A stretch of 64,000 bases of DNA from an uncultured Pelagibacteraceae bacterium (GTDB lineage: Bacteria > Pseudomonadota > Alphaproteobacteria > Pelagibacterales > AG-422-B15): NCBI GenBank assembly GCA_902578305.1, contig CACHCK010000003.1, positions 66,492 through 130,491 on the forward strand, written 5' to 3'. Positions within the stretch are counted from its first letter, which is position 1. Each line of letters opens with the position of its first letter. The position numbers and the translations under genes were made by a program. Under the pieces are notes generated by a model. That model ran no database searches and was not told where the DNA came from. It saw nothing but the letters and a program-made list of their open reading frames with translations. Positions 29,331 to 40,581 of the stretch are shown piece by piece.

Positions 29331-31840
29331 TGGCAAAAGTAAAAATAAATGGGTCCGAGATTGAAGTATCTGATGGCATGACGATACTGCAGGCATGTGA
29401 AGAGGCAGGAATTGAAATACCAAGATTTTGCTACCATGATCGTCTTTCTATTGCAGGTAATTGTAGAATGTGCCTTGTTGATGTGGAAGGTTCACCTAAA
29501 CCAGTTGCTTCTTGCGCGATGCCGATTAACGAAGGCATGTCAATTCATACAAATACTCAGTCTGTCAAAAAAGCAAGAGAAGGTGTAATGGAGTTTTTGC
29601 TAATTAATCACCCACTAGATTGCCCAGTTTGTGATCAAGGTGGTGAGTGCGATCTACAAGACCAAACTATTGCTTTTGGTCCTGAAAATTCAAGGTTCGA
29701 AGAGAATAAAAGGGCAGTTGAAGAAAAGCATATGGGCCCATTGATTAAAACTTATATGACTCGATGCATTCACTGCACAAGGTGTATCCGATTTGCAGAT
29801 GAAGTAGCGGGAGTAAATCAATTAGGCGCAGTAAATCGCGGAGAAAATATGGAAATAACAACTTATTTAGAAAAGACATTAGACTCCGAGCTATCGGCTA
29901 ATATCGTTGATTTATGTCCGGTAGGTGCACTTACATCGAAACCATATCAATTTGAAGCCAGACCTTGGGAATTAAAGAAGACAGAGACCATTGATGTTAT
30001 GGATGCGGTAGGGTCGAATATTAGAGTTGATACTTACGGGTGGAAAGTGAAAAGAGTACTACCTGTGCTTAATGAAGATATTAATGAAGAGTGGATATCA
30101 GATAAAACAAGGTATGCATGCGATGGACTTTTAAATCAACGTCTAGACGCACCCTACATAAAAAAGAATAACAAATTAGAGCAAGTTTCATGGGAAGAAA
30201 CTTTTTCTCAATTAAAAAAACTTGTTATGGATTCAGATCCTGATGAAATTGCGTTTTTAGTAGGTGATTTTATTGATTTAGAAACTAGCTATTTAATAAA
30301 AAAATTATCGGAAGATCTAAGCATTAAGGCAGTTGATGGAAGACAGGAAGGATGTAAAGTTCCATTCAACCATCGATCTCAGTTTTTATTTAATTCTAAA
30401 ATTAAAGGTATTGATGAAACAGATTGCATTTTAATGATTGGAGCAAACACGCGTGAAGAAGCTGCAATTATTAATTCAAGAATAAGGAAAAGAGTTATTT
30501 CATCAAATATTCCAGTTGCACTGATTGGAAAAAATGTGGATCTTACATATAAATACAATCACTTGGGCGATGATATAAATATCCTTATAGATCTTTTAAA
30601 TGAAAAAAACTCATTTTATAAAAAGTTAACAAATGCCTCAAAGCCAATGATTATTATTGGCCAGTCCGTGCTAAATCGTGATGACTCATTGCAGATTTAC
30701 TCACTGCTTGAAACTTTTACAGATAAATTCAATCTCATTCAGGAAGATTGGAATGGATTTAATGTATTACAGCTTGCCGCTGCTAGAGCAGGTATTCTTG
30801 AGATGAGTCTTATACAAAAAAATAAATCAGTCGATGATTTGGTTGCCGATGCAGAAAAAGGTAAATTCAAATTAGTGTTTTCATTTGGTGCTGATGAAAT
30901 CAGTTATGAAAATTTTTCTAATTGTAAAATAGTTTATATGGGCACACATGGAGATAGAGGCGCAAACGCCGCTGATTTTATATTGCCTGCAGCAGCATAT
31001 ACTGAAAAGGATGCAATTTTTATAAACACTGAAGGGAGAGTTCAATACGCAAATAAAGCAAGTTTTCCTCCAGGTGAAGCTAGGGAAGATTGGAAAATTA
31101 TTAATCAATTCAGTGAAGTACTTGAACTAAAATGGTCGTTTTTAGAATTGTATGATGTAAGAGCTGAAATGTTTGCCAAGTTTCCTCACCTTAATGAAGA
31201 CTTTAATGATCAAAATAATGGATTCGTTAAAATTATTGATAATAAAGCTAATGAAGAAGTAGAAATCATTAATAAGGATACAAGATCAAGCCAAGAAAAA
31301 AAGAATGACACAATCAATGGTAACATCAAGAGCTTTGAAGAAAATTCGGCAAAAAAAATATTTAATACAGCTTGGACTGATCTAAATGATCGCCAGAGAG
31401 AGTATCTTAGAAAATATAATTATCCTGAGACATGGTCAGAATTTACAGAGCATTATGGCTTTAAAGTTGTTAATGATGTTAAGAAGAAGAATAACGTCGT
31501 GCTGCCTTATGAGGACCAATACGCAAATAGTCTCGGAAAAGCTTGGAATGATCTCACTTATAATCAAAAGAAGTGGGCTTATACTAAAAGAAATAAAAAT
31601 AATTTAATTGGATTAGCAGATGACGCAAATTTTTCACCTGATGGAATTGTCGTCTTAAACGACAATCAGGAGGCATACTATGCTCAACCAAAAGAAATTA
31701 ACTTTAAAATTAAAAACTTAAGTTTTAGTATTGAAGACTTTTATATAAACGACTCAATTACAAGACATTCTAGTACGATGGCCGAATGCAGCCGAGCTAG
31801 AAGTGAAGTAAGGTCATCAGTAACGGAAAAGGCTTCATAA
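29330..31840 (+). CDS. nuoG: NADH-quinone oxidoreductase subunit G with a large C-terminal insertion
   Basis: CYH...[32 protein letters not shown], terminal DFY...[12 protein letters not shown]; 836 aa versus the roughly 680-700 aa usual in alphaproteobacteria. Confidence 0.95.
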   Translation: MAKVKINGSEIEVSDGMTILQACEEAGIEIPRFCYHDRLSIAGNCRMCLVDVEGSPKPVASCAMPINEGMSIHTNTQSVKKAREGVMEFLLINHPLDCPVCDQGGECDLQDQTIAFGPENSRFEENKRAVEEKHMGPLIKTYMTRCIHCTRCIRFADEVAGVNQLGAVNRGENMEITTYLEKTLDSELSANIVDLCPVGALTSKPYQFEARPWELKKTETIDVMDAVGSNIRVDTYGWKVKRVLPVLNEDINEEWISDKTRYACDGLLNQRLDAPYIKKNNKLEQVSWEETFSQLKKLVMDSDPDEIAFLVGDFIDLETSYLIKKLSEDLSIKAVDGRQEGCKVPFNHRSQFLFNSKIKGIDETDCILMIGANTREEAAIINSRIRKRVISSNIPVALIGKNVDLTYKYNHLGDDINILIDLLNEKNSFYKKLTNASKPMIIIGQSVLNRDDSLQIYSLLETFTDKFNLIQEDWNGFNVLQLAAARAGILEMSLIQKNKSVDDLVADAEKGKFKLVFSFGADEISYENFSNCKIVYMGTHGDRGANAADFILPAAAYTEKDAIFINTEGRVQYANKASFPPGEAREDWKIINQFSEVLELKWSFLELYDVRAEMFAKFPHLNEDFNDQNNGFVKIIDNKANEEVEIINKDTRSSQEKKNDTINGNIKSFEENSAKKIFNTAWTDLNDRQREYLRKYNYPETWSEFTEHYGFKVVNDVKKKNNVVLPYEDQYANSLGKAWNDLTYNQKKWAYTKRNKNNLIGLADDANFSPDGIVVLNDNQEAYYAQPKEINFKIKNLSFSIEDFYINDSITRHSSTMAECSRARSEVRSSVTEKAS

Positions 31841-32853
31841 TGATTAGCTTAGCTCAAACGTACTTTATCGAAGTAATGACCATTATTCTTTATTGCCTAC
31901 TTATTTTTGTTCCCTTACTTCTGGGTGTTGTAATGGCGTTATATGCAGATAGAAAAATATGGGCAGCAGTTCAAAAAAGGAGAGGCCCAAATGTGGTTGG
32001 CCCGTATGGTTTGTTCCAAGTTCCTGCTGATGGATTAAAATTTATTTTTAAAGAAATTATTTTACCCGACGGCTCTGACAAAACAGTTTTTCTAATTGCT
32101 CCCATTATTACTCTTGCTCTATCAATTGCTGCCTGGGCAGTTGTACCGGTTCAGGCGGGTGTAGTATTGGCTAATATAAACGTTGGAATCTTATACATTT
32201 TTGCAATTAGCTCTCTTGGTGTCTATGGAATTCTGATGGCTGGATGGTCTTCAAACAGTAAGTATCCTTTTTTTGGCGCTCTAAGATCAGCTGCTCAAAT
32301 GGTTTCTTACGAAGTTTCCATAGGTTTTGTAATAATAACTGTCCTGCTATGTGTAGGCTCACTCAACTTGACTGAAATAGTAATGGCTCAAAAGACAATG
32401 TGGTTTTTCATACCTTTATTTCCAATGTTTATTGTTTTTTTTATATCCGCACTAGCTGAAACGAACAGACCTCCATTTGATCTTCCTGAAGCAGAGTCTG
32501 AGTTAGTAGCTGGCTATCAAACAGAGTATTCAGGAATGCCATTCGTTTTGTTTATGTTTGGAGAATACATAAATATTTTATTAATGTGCGCAATGACCAC
32601 TATTCTATTCCTTGGGGGGTGGTTGCCACCAATTGATATTTATCCATTAAATGCTGTTCCTGGATTTGTTTGGTTTTTATTGAAAGTAACTCTTGTTTTT
32701 TACTTATTTGCTATGGTTAAAGCATTTGTTCCAAGGTATAGATATGACCAATTAATGCGACTTGGCTGGAAAGTTTTCTTGCCTTTATCACTTTTTGCAG
32801 TTGTAGCAACATCGTCGATATTGTTCTTTTTTAATCTAGCTCCAGGAATGTAA
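31840..32853 (+). CDS. nuoH: NADH-quinone oxidoreductase subunit H
   Basis: [48 protein letters not shown]. Confidence 0.98.
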   Translation: MISLAQTYFIEVMTIILYCLLIFVPLLLGVVMALYADRKIWAAVQKRRGPNVVGPYGLFQVPADGLKFIFKEIILPDGSDKTVFLIAPIITLALSIAAWAVVPVQAGVVLANINVGILYIFAISSLGVYGILMAGWSSNSKYPFFGALRSAAQMVSYEVSIGFVIITVLLCVGSLNLTEIVMAQKTMWFFIPLFPMFIVFFISALAETNRPPFDLPEAESELVAGYQTEYSGMPFVLFMFGEYINILLMCAMTTILFLGGWLPPIDIYPLNAVPGFVWFLLKVTLVFYLFAMVKAFVPRYRYDQLMRLGWKVFLPLSLFAVVATSSILFFFNLAPGM

Positions 32854-33338
32854 TGAAAATAATTAATTTTTTAAAATCGTTCCTTCTTCTAGATTTTTTA
32901 AAAGCTTTCTATTTAGCTCAAAAATATTTTTTTAGGAAAAAAGCAACAATCAATTATCCTTTTGAAAAAGGAAAATTAAGCCCTCGATTCAGAGGTGAGC
33001 ATGCCTTGAGAAGATATCCGAGTGGTGAGGAAAGGTGTATAGGGTGTAAATTGTGTGAGGCTGTATGTCCTGCTCAAGCGATAACAATTGAAACTCAACC
33101 TCGCGATGACGGAACAAGAAGAACGCTTAGGTATGATATTGACATGGTTAAATGTATCTACTGTGGTTTATGTGAGGAGTCGTGCCCAGTTGATGCAATT
33201 GTACAGGGTCCAAATTTTGAATTTACAACTGAAACGAGAAAAGAACTTTATTATACGAAAGAAAAATTGCTTGAAAACGGTGATAGATGGGAAACAGTTA
33301 TCGCTGAGAACTTAGAAGCCGATGCAAAATATAGATAA
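32853..33338 (+). CDS. nuoI: NADH-quinone oxidoreductase subunit I
   Basis: [12 protein letters not shown] and [12 protein letters not shown]. Confidence 0.98.
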   Translation: MKIINFLKSFLLLDFLKAFYLAQKYFFRKKATINYPFEKGKLSPRFRGEHALRRYPSGEERCIGCKLCEAVCPAQAITIETQPRDDGTRRTLRYDIDMVKCIYCGLCEESCPVDAIVQGPNFEFTTETRKELYYTKEKLLENGDRWETVIAENLEADAKYR

Positions 33339-33953
33339 ATGACAGCTCAATTATTAACATTCTATTTATTTTCAGGGGTTATTTTAATTTCTTCATTGAT
33401 GGTTATTTCAACTAAAAACCCAGTCCATTCAGTATTGTTCCTAATTCTTTCATTTTTGAATGCCGCTGGCTTATTCGTTATTCTTCACGCCGAATTTTTG
33501 GCAATGATACTTATAATTGTTTATGTTGGTGCTGTTGCGGTACTTTTTTTATTTGTTGTAATGATGTTAGATTTTAAAACATCAATCAATAAGGATAATA
33601 TTTTACAATATATTCCGATAGGAATTTTGATTGGTGTAGTTTTTATTGCAGAGTTAATAATTGTATTAATTAATACAAAGTTTGACTTGTCAAATATTCA
33701 AGTGTTACCAAACCCTCTTTCAGATTTTACTGGCAAGTCTAATACAGAAGCAATTGGCTCAGTTTTGTACACAGACTACATTCTATATTTCCAACTTTCA
33801 GGTGTAATTCTGCTTGTTGCAATGATTGGTTCTATTGTATTAACTCTCCGCGAAAGAGAAGGTGTAAAGAGGCAAGTTGTTTCAGAGCAACTACAACGAC
33901 AGGGCAAAATTGATTTAGTAGATGTAAAATCTGGAAAAGGTATTGATATTTAA
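33339..33953 (+). CDS. nuoJ: NADH-quinone oxidoreductase subunit J
   Basis: [26 protein letters not shown]. Confidence 0.97.
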   Translation: MTAQLLTFYLFSGVILISSLMVISTKNPVHSVLFLILSFLNAAGLFVILHAEFLAMILIIVYVGAVAVLFLFVVMMLDFKTSINKDNILQYIPIGILIGVVFIAELIIVLINTKFDLSNIQVLPNPLSDFTGKSNTEAIGSVLYTDYILYFQLSGVILLVAMIGSIVLTLREREGVKRQVVSEQLQRQGKIDLVDVKSGKGIDI

Positions 33954-34258
33954 TGATTGAATTAAATCAATTTTTAATTTTATCTGCCTTATTGTTTGCA
34001 ATTGGCGTTATTGGTATTTTTTTAAATCGAAAAAATGTGATTATCATTTTAATGTCAATTGAAATCATTTTGCTCTCTGTAAATTTAAATCTTATATCTT
34101 TTTCTTATTTTTTAAATGATCTAACTGGGCAAATATTCTCTCTTTTTGTTCTTACTGTTGCTGCCGCTGAAGCTGCGATAGGACTTGCTATACTTGTAAT
34201 TTATAACAGAAATGCTGGCAGTATAGAGATTGAGAAAATAAACGCCTTAAAGGGGTAA
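33953..34258 (+). CDS. nuoK: NADH-quinone oxidoreductase subunit K
   Basis: [23 protein letters not shown]. Confidence 0.97.
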   Translation: MIELNQFLILSALLFAIGVIGIFLNRKNVIIILMSIEIILLSVNLNLISFSYFLNDLTGQIFSLFVLTVAAAEAAIGLAILVIYNRNAGSIEIEKINALKG

Positions 34259-34264
34259 TGTTGA

Positions 34265-36187
34265 ATGGCGTATAGTATAATTTTATTGCCCTTGATTGGG
34301 TTCTTGATTTCATGTTCGTTATCATTTTTTAAGTCTAATAAATTTATTGATCGAACAGCAGAGATCATCACTTCATTATTTATTACTATTACAGCAATAT
34401 TTTCCTTTTATATTTTTATTGATAATATTGGGGACCCATCGGTAGTATCAATCAAACTATTTAACTGGATATCCTCTGGTTCATTCAATGCTGATTGGTC
34501 AATTTATCTAGATACAGCTACAAGAGTAATGCTTGTAGTAATTACAAGCGTATCAGCGTTAGTTCATATTTATTCAATTGGTTATATGTCTCATGATGAG
34601 AGTAAGCCTCGTTTTATGGGTTACTTATCATTATTCACATTTGCTATGCTGATGCTTGTTACTGCAGATAATTTTTTGCAACTGTTCTTTGGCTGGGAAG
34701 GTGTTGGACTTGCTTCTTATTTATTAATTGGGTTTTGGTACAAAAAACCAACTGCAAATGCTGCTGCAATTAAAGCATTTATAGTAAATCGCATAGGTGA
34801 CTTTGGATTAGCTTTAGGTATTTTTACAATATTTATTGTTTTTGGTAGCATCGAATATCAGACCGTATTTAGTAATGTCTCATCTTTTAAGAACGTAAAT
34901 TTCAACTTTTTAGGTTTTGAATTACATGCTTTGACATTAATTTGTATTTTCTTATTCATTGGCGCCATGGGCAAGTCAGCTCAATTATTTCTTCATACAT
35001 GGCTTCCAGATGCAATGGAGGGCCCAACGCCAGTATCTGCATTAATACATGCGGCAACAATGGTTACAGCTGGCGTATTCCTTGTAGTTCGATGTTCACC
35101 TTTATTTGATTTGGCTCCTGTTGCTTTGGACTTTGTAGTTTTGATTGGTGCAAGCACTGCATTTTTTGCAGCTACCGTTGGTCTGGTTCAAAATGATATT
35201 AAGCGTGTCATTGCATATTCAACTTGTAGTCAATTAGGCTACATGTTCGTTGCAGCTGGACTTGGAGCTTACGGTGCAGCCATGTTCCATTTATTTACGC
35301 ATGCATTTTTTAAAGCGCTTCTATTTTTAGGAGCGGGATCAGTAATTCATGCTGTTCATGAAGAACAGGATATAAGGAAAATGGGAGGCATAAGTAATTT
35401 TGTTCCAATAACTCAATTAATGATGATAATTGGAACAATTTCACTTATGGGTTTTCCATTCACCTCTGGCTATTACTCAAAAGATGCAATCATAGAAACA
35501 GCTTATCTATCTAATTCAAATTTCGCAGACTATGCATATATCTTACTTACAGTCGGTGTTGTGATGACATCTTTCTATTCATGGAGGCTTATGTTTCTTG
35601 TTTTCAATGGAAAAACAAGAATGGCTGAAGAAGACCTTAGTAAAGTTCATGAGTCTTCCTCAGTAATGTTAATTCCTCTAATAATTTTAGCAATTGGAGC
35701 TTTGTTTTTTGGATTTTTATTCAAAAGCTATTTTATCGGTTATAACAGTGATGTATTTTGGAATGGATCAATTGTCGTCCATCATGAAGATCACCATTCA
35801 ATTCCTTTGTTAATATATTATTTGCCTGCAATTTTAGGCATAGTTGGATTTATTATCGCTTGGTTCATGTATATTCGAAAATCAGATATGGCTAAGAATA
35901 TAGCTGAGTTAAATAAGCCTCTTTACAATTTTCTATTAAATAAATGGTATTTCGACGAGTTGTATGATTCTATCTTTGTAAAACCAGCCATGGCAATTGG
36001 CCGCATTTTTTGGACGTTTATCGATGGTTTAATTATCGATGGTTACGGTCCTAATGGAATAGCTGCTTTAGTGAGCAGAATATCAATAAAAGCAAAGCAA
36101 GTTCAATCTGGATTTATCTACCATTATGCTTTTGCTATTTTAATTGGTCTTTCAGTAATTATTACTTTCATAATTTTTAGGTTTTAA
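34265..36187 (+). CDS. nuoL: NADH-quinone oxidoreductase subunit L
   Basis: GWEGVGLASYLLIGFW, GKSAQ, WLPDAMEGPTPVSALIHAATMV, HAFFKALLF. Confidence 0.98.
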   Translation: MAYSIILLPLIGFLISCSLSFFKSNKFIDRTAEIITSLFITITAIFSFYIFIDNIGDPSVVSIKLFNWISSGSFNADWSIYLDTATRVMLVVITSVSALVHIYSIGYMSHDESKPRFMGYLSLFTFAMLMLVTADNFLQLFFGWEGVGLASYLLIGFWYKKPTANAAAIKAFIVNRIGDFGLALGIFTIFIVFGSIEYQTVFSNVSSFKNVNFNFLGFELHALTLICIFLFIGAMGKSAQLFLHTWLPDAMEGPTPVSALIHAATMVTAGVFLVVRCSPLFDLAPVALDFVVLIGASTAFFAATVGLVQNDIKRVIAYSTCSQLGYMFVAAGLGAYGAAMFHLFTHAFFKALLFLGAGSVIHAVHEEQDIRKMGGISNFVPITQLMMIIGTISLMGFPFTSGYYSKDAIIETAYLSNSNFADYAYILLTVGVVMTSFYSWRLMFLVFNGKTRMAEEDLSKVHESSSVMLIPLIILAIGALFFGFLFKSYFIGYNSDVFWNGSIVVHHEDHHSIPLLIYYLPAILGIVGFIIAWFMYIRKSDMAKNIAELNKPLYNFLLNKWYFDELYDSIFVKPAMAIGRIFWTFIDGLIIDGYGPNGIAALVSRISIKAKQVQSGFIYHYAFAILIGLSVIITFIIFRF

Positions 36188-36190
36188 AAA

Positions 36191-37672
36191 ATGAGTGAAA
36201 TTCCAATCTTAAGCATTTTAATCTTCATACCGGTCGTTGGTATATTTTTTATGTTATTGATAAAAAATAATGATGAGCAAAGCTCTCAGAATCTAAAGCA
36301 CACCGCTTTATGGATTACTTTTTTAAATTTTATTATATCACTATCGTTACTATTTTCATTTGACTTAAATAACCCTGACTTTCAATTTGTAGAAAAATAT
36401 TCATGGATAGAAAGTGGTATCAGCTATCATTTAGGTATAGATGGAGTTTCAATTTTATTTGTAATACTGACAACAATGCTTGTGCCTATTTGCATACTTG
36501 CAAGTTATGAAAGCATTATATTTTCTGTAAAAGAATATTTGATTTCATTTTTAGCTTTAGAAACTTTTATGATTGGAGTTTTCTGCTCTCTTGATCTTGT
36601 ACTATTTTATCTATTTTTTGAAGGAGGCTTAATTCCAATGTTCTTAATCATTGGGATATGGGGCGGAGAAAGAAGGGTTTATTCAACTTTCAAATTTTTC
36701 CTTTATACTCTTGCGGGCTCAGTATTTATGCTGCTCGCAATAATTTACATTTTTATTTCTACAGGAACAACTGATGTTGAAACATTGTTAGTGTATAATT
36801 TTACCTCAAACGAACAATTGATATTGTGGATTGCATTTTTTACTTCATTCATGGTCAAGATACCAATGTGGCCTTTTCACACTTGGCTACCAGATGCGCA
36901 CGTAGAAGCACCAACAGCTGGATCAGTTATACTTGCGGGCGTTCTATTAAAAATGGCTGGGTATGGCTTTATAAGATTTTCTATTGGTTTTTTTCCGGAT
37001 GCATCAGAATTTTTTGCACCATTTATATTTTCTCTTAGTGTTATAGCAATAATAGTGACTTCACTAATCGCATTAGTGCAAGAAGACATGAAAAAACTAA
37101 TAGCTTATTCATCAGTTGCTCATATGGGATTTGTAACATTAGGAATATTTACATTCACTGTACAAGGAATAGAGGGTGGCATAATTCAAATGATAAGCCA
37201 TGGCATTGTTTCTGCGGCATTATTTTTGTGTGTTGGCGTGGTATATGATCGTCTTCATACAAGAGAAATTTCAAGATATGGAGGTCTAGTTAGTAAAATG
37301 CCTTTTTATTCATTTTCATTTATGATTTTTATGTTAGCCAGTCTTGGCTTACCTGGAACAAGTGGTTTTGTTGGCGAATTTTTAGTACTTCTATCTATTT
37401 TTACAGTAAATACATATTTTGCGATATTTGCGACTACAGGTGTTGTATTGGCAGCCACCTATTCTTTATGGCTATATAGAAGAATAATATTTGGCGCTTT
37501 AATTAAAGATGATCTATCTGAAATGTTTGATCTAACAAGAAGAGAGATAATTATTTTTGTACCCTTAATTATCTTAACGATATTCATTGGCTTATATCCG
37601 AAACCAGTCATAAATATCATTGAGCCCTCTACAGAAAAAATTGTAAATCAAATCAAAATGAAATTAGATTAA
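36191..37672 (+). CDS. nuoM: NADH-quinone oxidoreductase subunit M
   Basis: FFEGGLIPM, WLPDAHVEAPT, LLKMAGYG, AYSSVAHMG. Confidence 0.98.
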   Translation: MSEIPILSILIFIPVVGIFFMLLIKNNDEQSSQNLKHTALWITFLNFIISLSLLFSFDLNNPDFQFVEKYSWIESGISYHLGIDGVSILFVILTTMLVPICILASYESIIFSVKEYLISFLALETFMIGVFCSLDLVLFYLFFEGGLIPMFLIIGIWGGERRVYSTFKFFLYTLAGSVFMLLAIIYIFISTGTTDVETLLVYNFTSNEQLILWIAFFTSFMVKIPMWPFHTWLPDAHVEAPTAGSVILAGVLLKMAGYGFIRFSIGFFPDASEFFAPFIFSLSVIAIIVTSLIALVQEDMKKLIAYSSVAHMGFVTLGIFTFTVQGIEGGIIQMISHGIVSAALFLCVGVVYDRLHTREISRYGGLVSKMPFYSFSFMIFMLASLGLPGTSGFVGEFLVLLSIFTVNTYFAIFATTGVVLAATYSLWLYRRIIFGALIKDDLSEMFDLTRREIIIFVPLIILTIFIGLYPKPVINIIEPSTEKIVNQIKMKLD

Positions 37673-37673
37673 A

Positions 37674-39083
37674 ATGCAAAGCTTAGTATACATATTGCCT
37701 GAAATATTTTTATTTATAGTTGCAACAGTTTTGTTAGTGACTGGCTTGTTTGTGAAAAATATAAGGCTAATTAATTCGCTTGCTATTTTTTCACTTTTTG
37801 TTGCATTTGTATTAATTTTAAATCAACCTTTTCAATCAGCGTTTCTAAATAGTTTTGTTGTAGATGAATTTTCACTAGTACTAAAAGTTATGATAATAGT
37901 CGGTTCCATTGCTTCCTTGATTATGTTTGTATCAAGTAAAGATGACCTAAATATAAATGTTTACGAATTTCCAATTTTAATAATTTTCTCAACAATAGGT
38001 ATGATGGTAATGGTTTCAGCAAATGATTTACTTGCAATGTTTATAGGTTTAGAGCTTCAATCATTAAGCCTTTATGTTCTTGCGGCTTTGAACAGAAACA
38101 GCTTACTGTCATCAGAAGCAGGAATAAAATACTTTATACTCGGAGCTCTTTCCTCAGGCTTATTGCTCTTTGGAATTTCATATATTTATGGATTTTCAGG
38201 AAATACAAACTTTAATCTAATAGCTGTAAATATTAATCCCGAAAGTCTGGGTTTAATTATTGGCATAGTTTTTGTATTGGCAGGACTGGCTTTTAAAGTT
38301 TCAGCCGTTCCTTTTCATATGTGGACGCCTGACGTTTATCAAGGAGCACCAACTCCGATTACAGGGTTCTTTGCCCTTGCTCCAAAAATTGCTGCAATGG
38401 GTTTACTAGTTAGATTCTTATTCAATTCATTTGGTGAGATTTATATTGACTGGCAACAAATTATTTTTTTCATATCAATCGCATCGATGATGCTCGCTGC
38501 CTTTGCTGCCATTGCTCAAACTAATTTAAAAAGACTTATGGCGTATAGCTCAATAGGTCATATTGGATATGCTTTAATAGGTGTGGCCTGTTTCACCGAT
38601 GAGGGGTTAAGGTCATTGTTAATATATTTAATGATTTATTTAATTATGAATATTGCTGTTTTTGCTTTTTTACTGTCTTTAAAAAGAAACGATGGATATT
38701 TTGAAAATACATCAGACTTATCTGGAATGCATAAAAATCATCCTCTAAGGACCATGCTAATTGCCCTGATTATGTTTTCTCTAGCTGGCATTCCTCCTTT
38801 AGCTGGCTTTTTTGGTAAATTTTATATTTTCGTTGCAGCTATTGAATCTGAAATGTTATTCCTCGCAATTATTGGCGTCATAGCAAGTGTTATCAGTGCA
38901 TTTTATTATTTAAGGATTGTTAAGATAATGTATTTTGATGAACCTAAAGAAGAATTTGATGGATCAAGTATCAAATCACTTAATCTGCTTTATTATCCCT
39001 CGTCTGTACTAATTATTATTTTCTTTATTTACCCATCGCCAGTAATAAATATTTCTGAATATGCCATTCAATCAATTATTTAA
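37674..39083 (+). CDS. nuoN: NADH-quinone oxidoreductase subunit N
   Basis: GLELQSL, EAGIKYF, FKVSAVPFHMWTPDVYQGAPT, AGIPPLAGFFGK. Confidence 0.98.
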   Translation: MQSLVYILPEIFLFIVATVLLVTGLFVKNIRLINSLAIFSLFVAFVLILNQPFQSAFLNSFVVDEFSLVLKVMIIVGSIASLIMFVSSKDDLNINVYEFPILIIFSTIGMMVMVSANDLLAMFIGLELQSLSLYVLAALNRNSLLSSEAGIKYFILGALSSGLLLFGISYIYGFSGNTNFNLIAVNINPESLGLIIGIVFVLAGLAFKVSAVPFHMWTPDVYQGAPTPITGFFALAPKIAAMGLLVRFLFNSFGEIYIDWQQIIFFISIASMMLAAFAAIAQTNLKRLMAYSSIGHIGYALIGVACFTDEGLRSLLIYLMIYLIMNIAVFAFLLSLKRNDGYFENTSDLSGMHKNHPLRTMLIALIMFSLAGIPPLAGFFGKFYIFVAAIESEMLFLAIIGVIASVISAFYYLRIVKIMYFDEPKEEFDGSSIKSLNLLYYPSSVLIIIFFIYPSPVINISEYAIQSII

Positions 39084-39823
39084 TGTTAGACCAAATTCAA
39101 TCAGAAGTAATTTTTCATGAAGTAATTGATAGCACGAATATAGAAGCTAAAAGATTAATTGAAAATGACAAAATAAGTAAAGCAACTTGGATTATAGCCA
39201 ATCAACAGACCTCAGGTAGGGGCAGAAATAATAATAAATGGGTTTCAGAAGAAGGTAATTTTTATGGCTCATATGTCATGCCGATTAATTTGGAATACAA
39301 AAAGATACCATTTATCTCATGTATAACTTCTTTATCGGTATATGATGCAATTAAAAATCTTCTACCCAATAATGCCCTTTTAAAAATTAAATGGCCAAAC
39401 GACATACTATATAATGACGCAAAATTGGCTGGAATATTAATAGAAAATTCACTAAGTAAAAGTGCGAGTTTCTCAATAATTGGAATTGGTATTAATTTAA
39501 AAAATTCACCAGATATTAATAACCATAAAACTATCTCTATAAAATCTATAATCGACAATAAAGTTATGCCAAAAGATATACTTGGCACATTAGACTCCAA
39601 TATCAATAATTACTTAAATATTCTTAATAGTGATGATATTTCGGAATTAATTAAGTTATATAAAAATAATTGCTGGAAAATGCGAGATCAGGTTCGTTTT
39701 TTACAAAATAATATTGAATTTGAAGGTATATTAGATGATATAACTGATACATTTGAGATTCTAATTAAAGTGAATGGGGAGCTTAAGAAATTCAATTCAG
39801 GAGAACTGTCATTTAGTTATTAA
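39083..39823 (+). CDS. birA: Biotin-protein ligase (no HTH domain)
   Basis: IDSTN, QTSGRGR, KWPND, KLAGILIE, IGIGIN. Confidence 0.94.
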   Translation: MLDQIQSEVIFHEVIDSTNIEAKRLIENDKISKATWIIANQQTSGRGRNNNKWVSEEGNFYGSYVMPINLEYKKIPFISCITSLSVYDAIKNLLPNNALLKIKWPNDILYNDAKLAGILIENSLSKSASFSIIGIGINLKNSPDINNHKTISIKSIIDNKVMPKDILGTLDSNINNYLNILNSDDISELIKLYKNNCWKMRDQVRFLQNNIEFEGILDDITDTFEILIKVNGELKKFNSGELSFSY

Positions 39824-39825
39824 TT

Positions 39826-40581
39826 ATGAAGGTTTTAGTTGATATAGGAAATACAAATGTATTAATGGGCAAATATGACAATTCGAGTTTAGTTGATCAA
39901 GTAAGATTTGAAACGAATACAGTTATAAGCTCACCAGATGAAATATTGACATCACTAGGTACTTTTGTAGCTAATGTAGAATATGTTTTAATATCAGGTG
40001 TTGTGCCGCAAGCGCAAAAAAATTTACGAATTTTGATCTCAAAAAATTTTGAAAATTTATTAATTAGAGAAATAAATACACCTGACTTAGAGACATTTAT
40101 AAAATTCAATGTTATCAACCCAGCTGAAGTTGGAGATGACAGGATCATTAACTCAATTGCGGCTATAGATAAATATGAACCTCCTTTCATAATTGTAGAT
40201 TTTGGGACAGCTACCACATTGGATGTTGTTGATAAGAATGGTGCATATTCAGGTGGGTTAATTTGTCCCGGTGTGAACTTATCAATAAAGTCACTATCAG
40301 ATGGCGCAGCGTTATTGCCACTTATAACTTTTAAAAAGCCTGAAACATTAATTGGTAAAAATACAATTGCCGCCATGGAATCGGGTATTTATTGGGGATA
40401 TATAAGTTTAATTGAGGGCTTGATTGAAAGATTGAAAACTTCTCACGAGTGCTTTAATGCAAAAGCTATAGCAACTGGAGGTTTGTCAAAACTATTTGAA
40501 AATGACCTTAAATGCATTAACTATTTTGAGAGAGATCTTACTCTTGATGGTCTTTTAATCGTAAGCAATAAATTACAATGA
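39826..40581 (+). CDS. coaX: Type III pantothenate kinase
   Basis: DIGNT, VGDDR, VDFGTATT, IATGG. Confidence 0.93.
   Translation: MKVLVDIGNTNVLMGKYDNSSLVDQVRFETNTVISSPDEILTSLGTFVANVEYVLISGVVPQAQKNLRILISKNFENLLIREINTPDLETFIKFNVINPAEVGDDRIINSIAAIDKYEPPFIIVDFGTATTLDVVDKNGAYSGGLICPGVNLSIKSLSDGAALLPLITFKKPETLIGKNTIAAMESGIYWGYISLIEGLIERLKTSHECFNAKAIATGGLSKLFENDLKCINYFERDLTLDGLLIVSNKLQ

Noticed and set aside
31386-31607. 73-aa alternative-frame ORF inside the NuoG insertion as an overprinted gene
   Set aside because: No SD, composition typical of an off-frame shadow, no recognisable motif
31210-31700. NuoG insertion as an intein or mobile element
   Set aside because: No Cys/Ser start with His-Asn end, no LAGLIDADG or HNH motif, no terminal inverted repeats or target duplication seen
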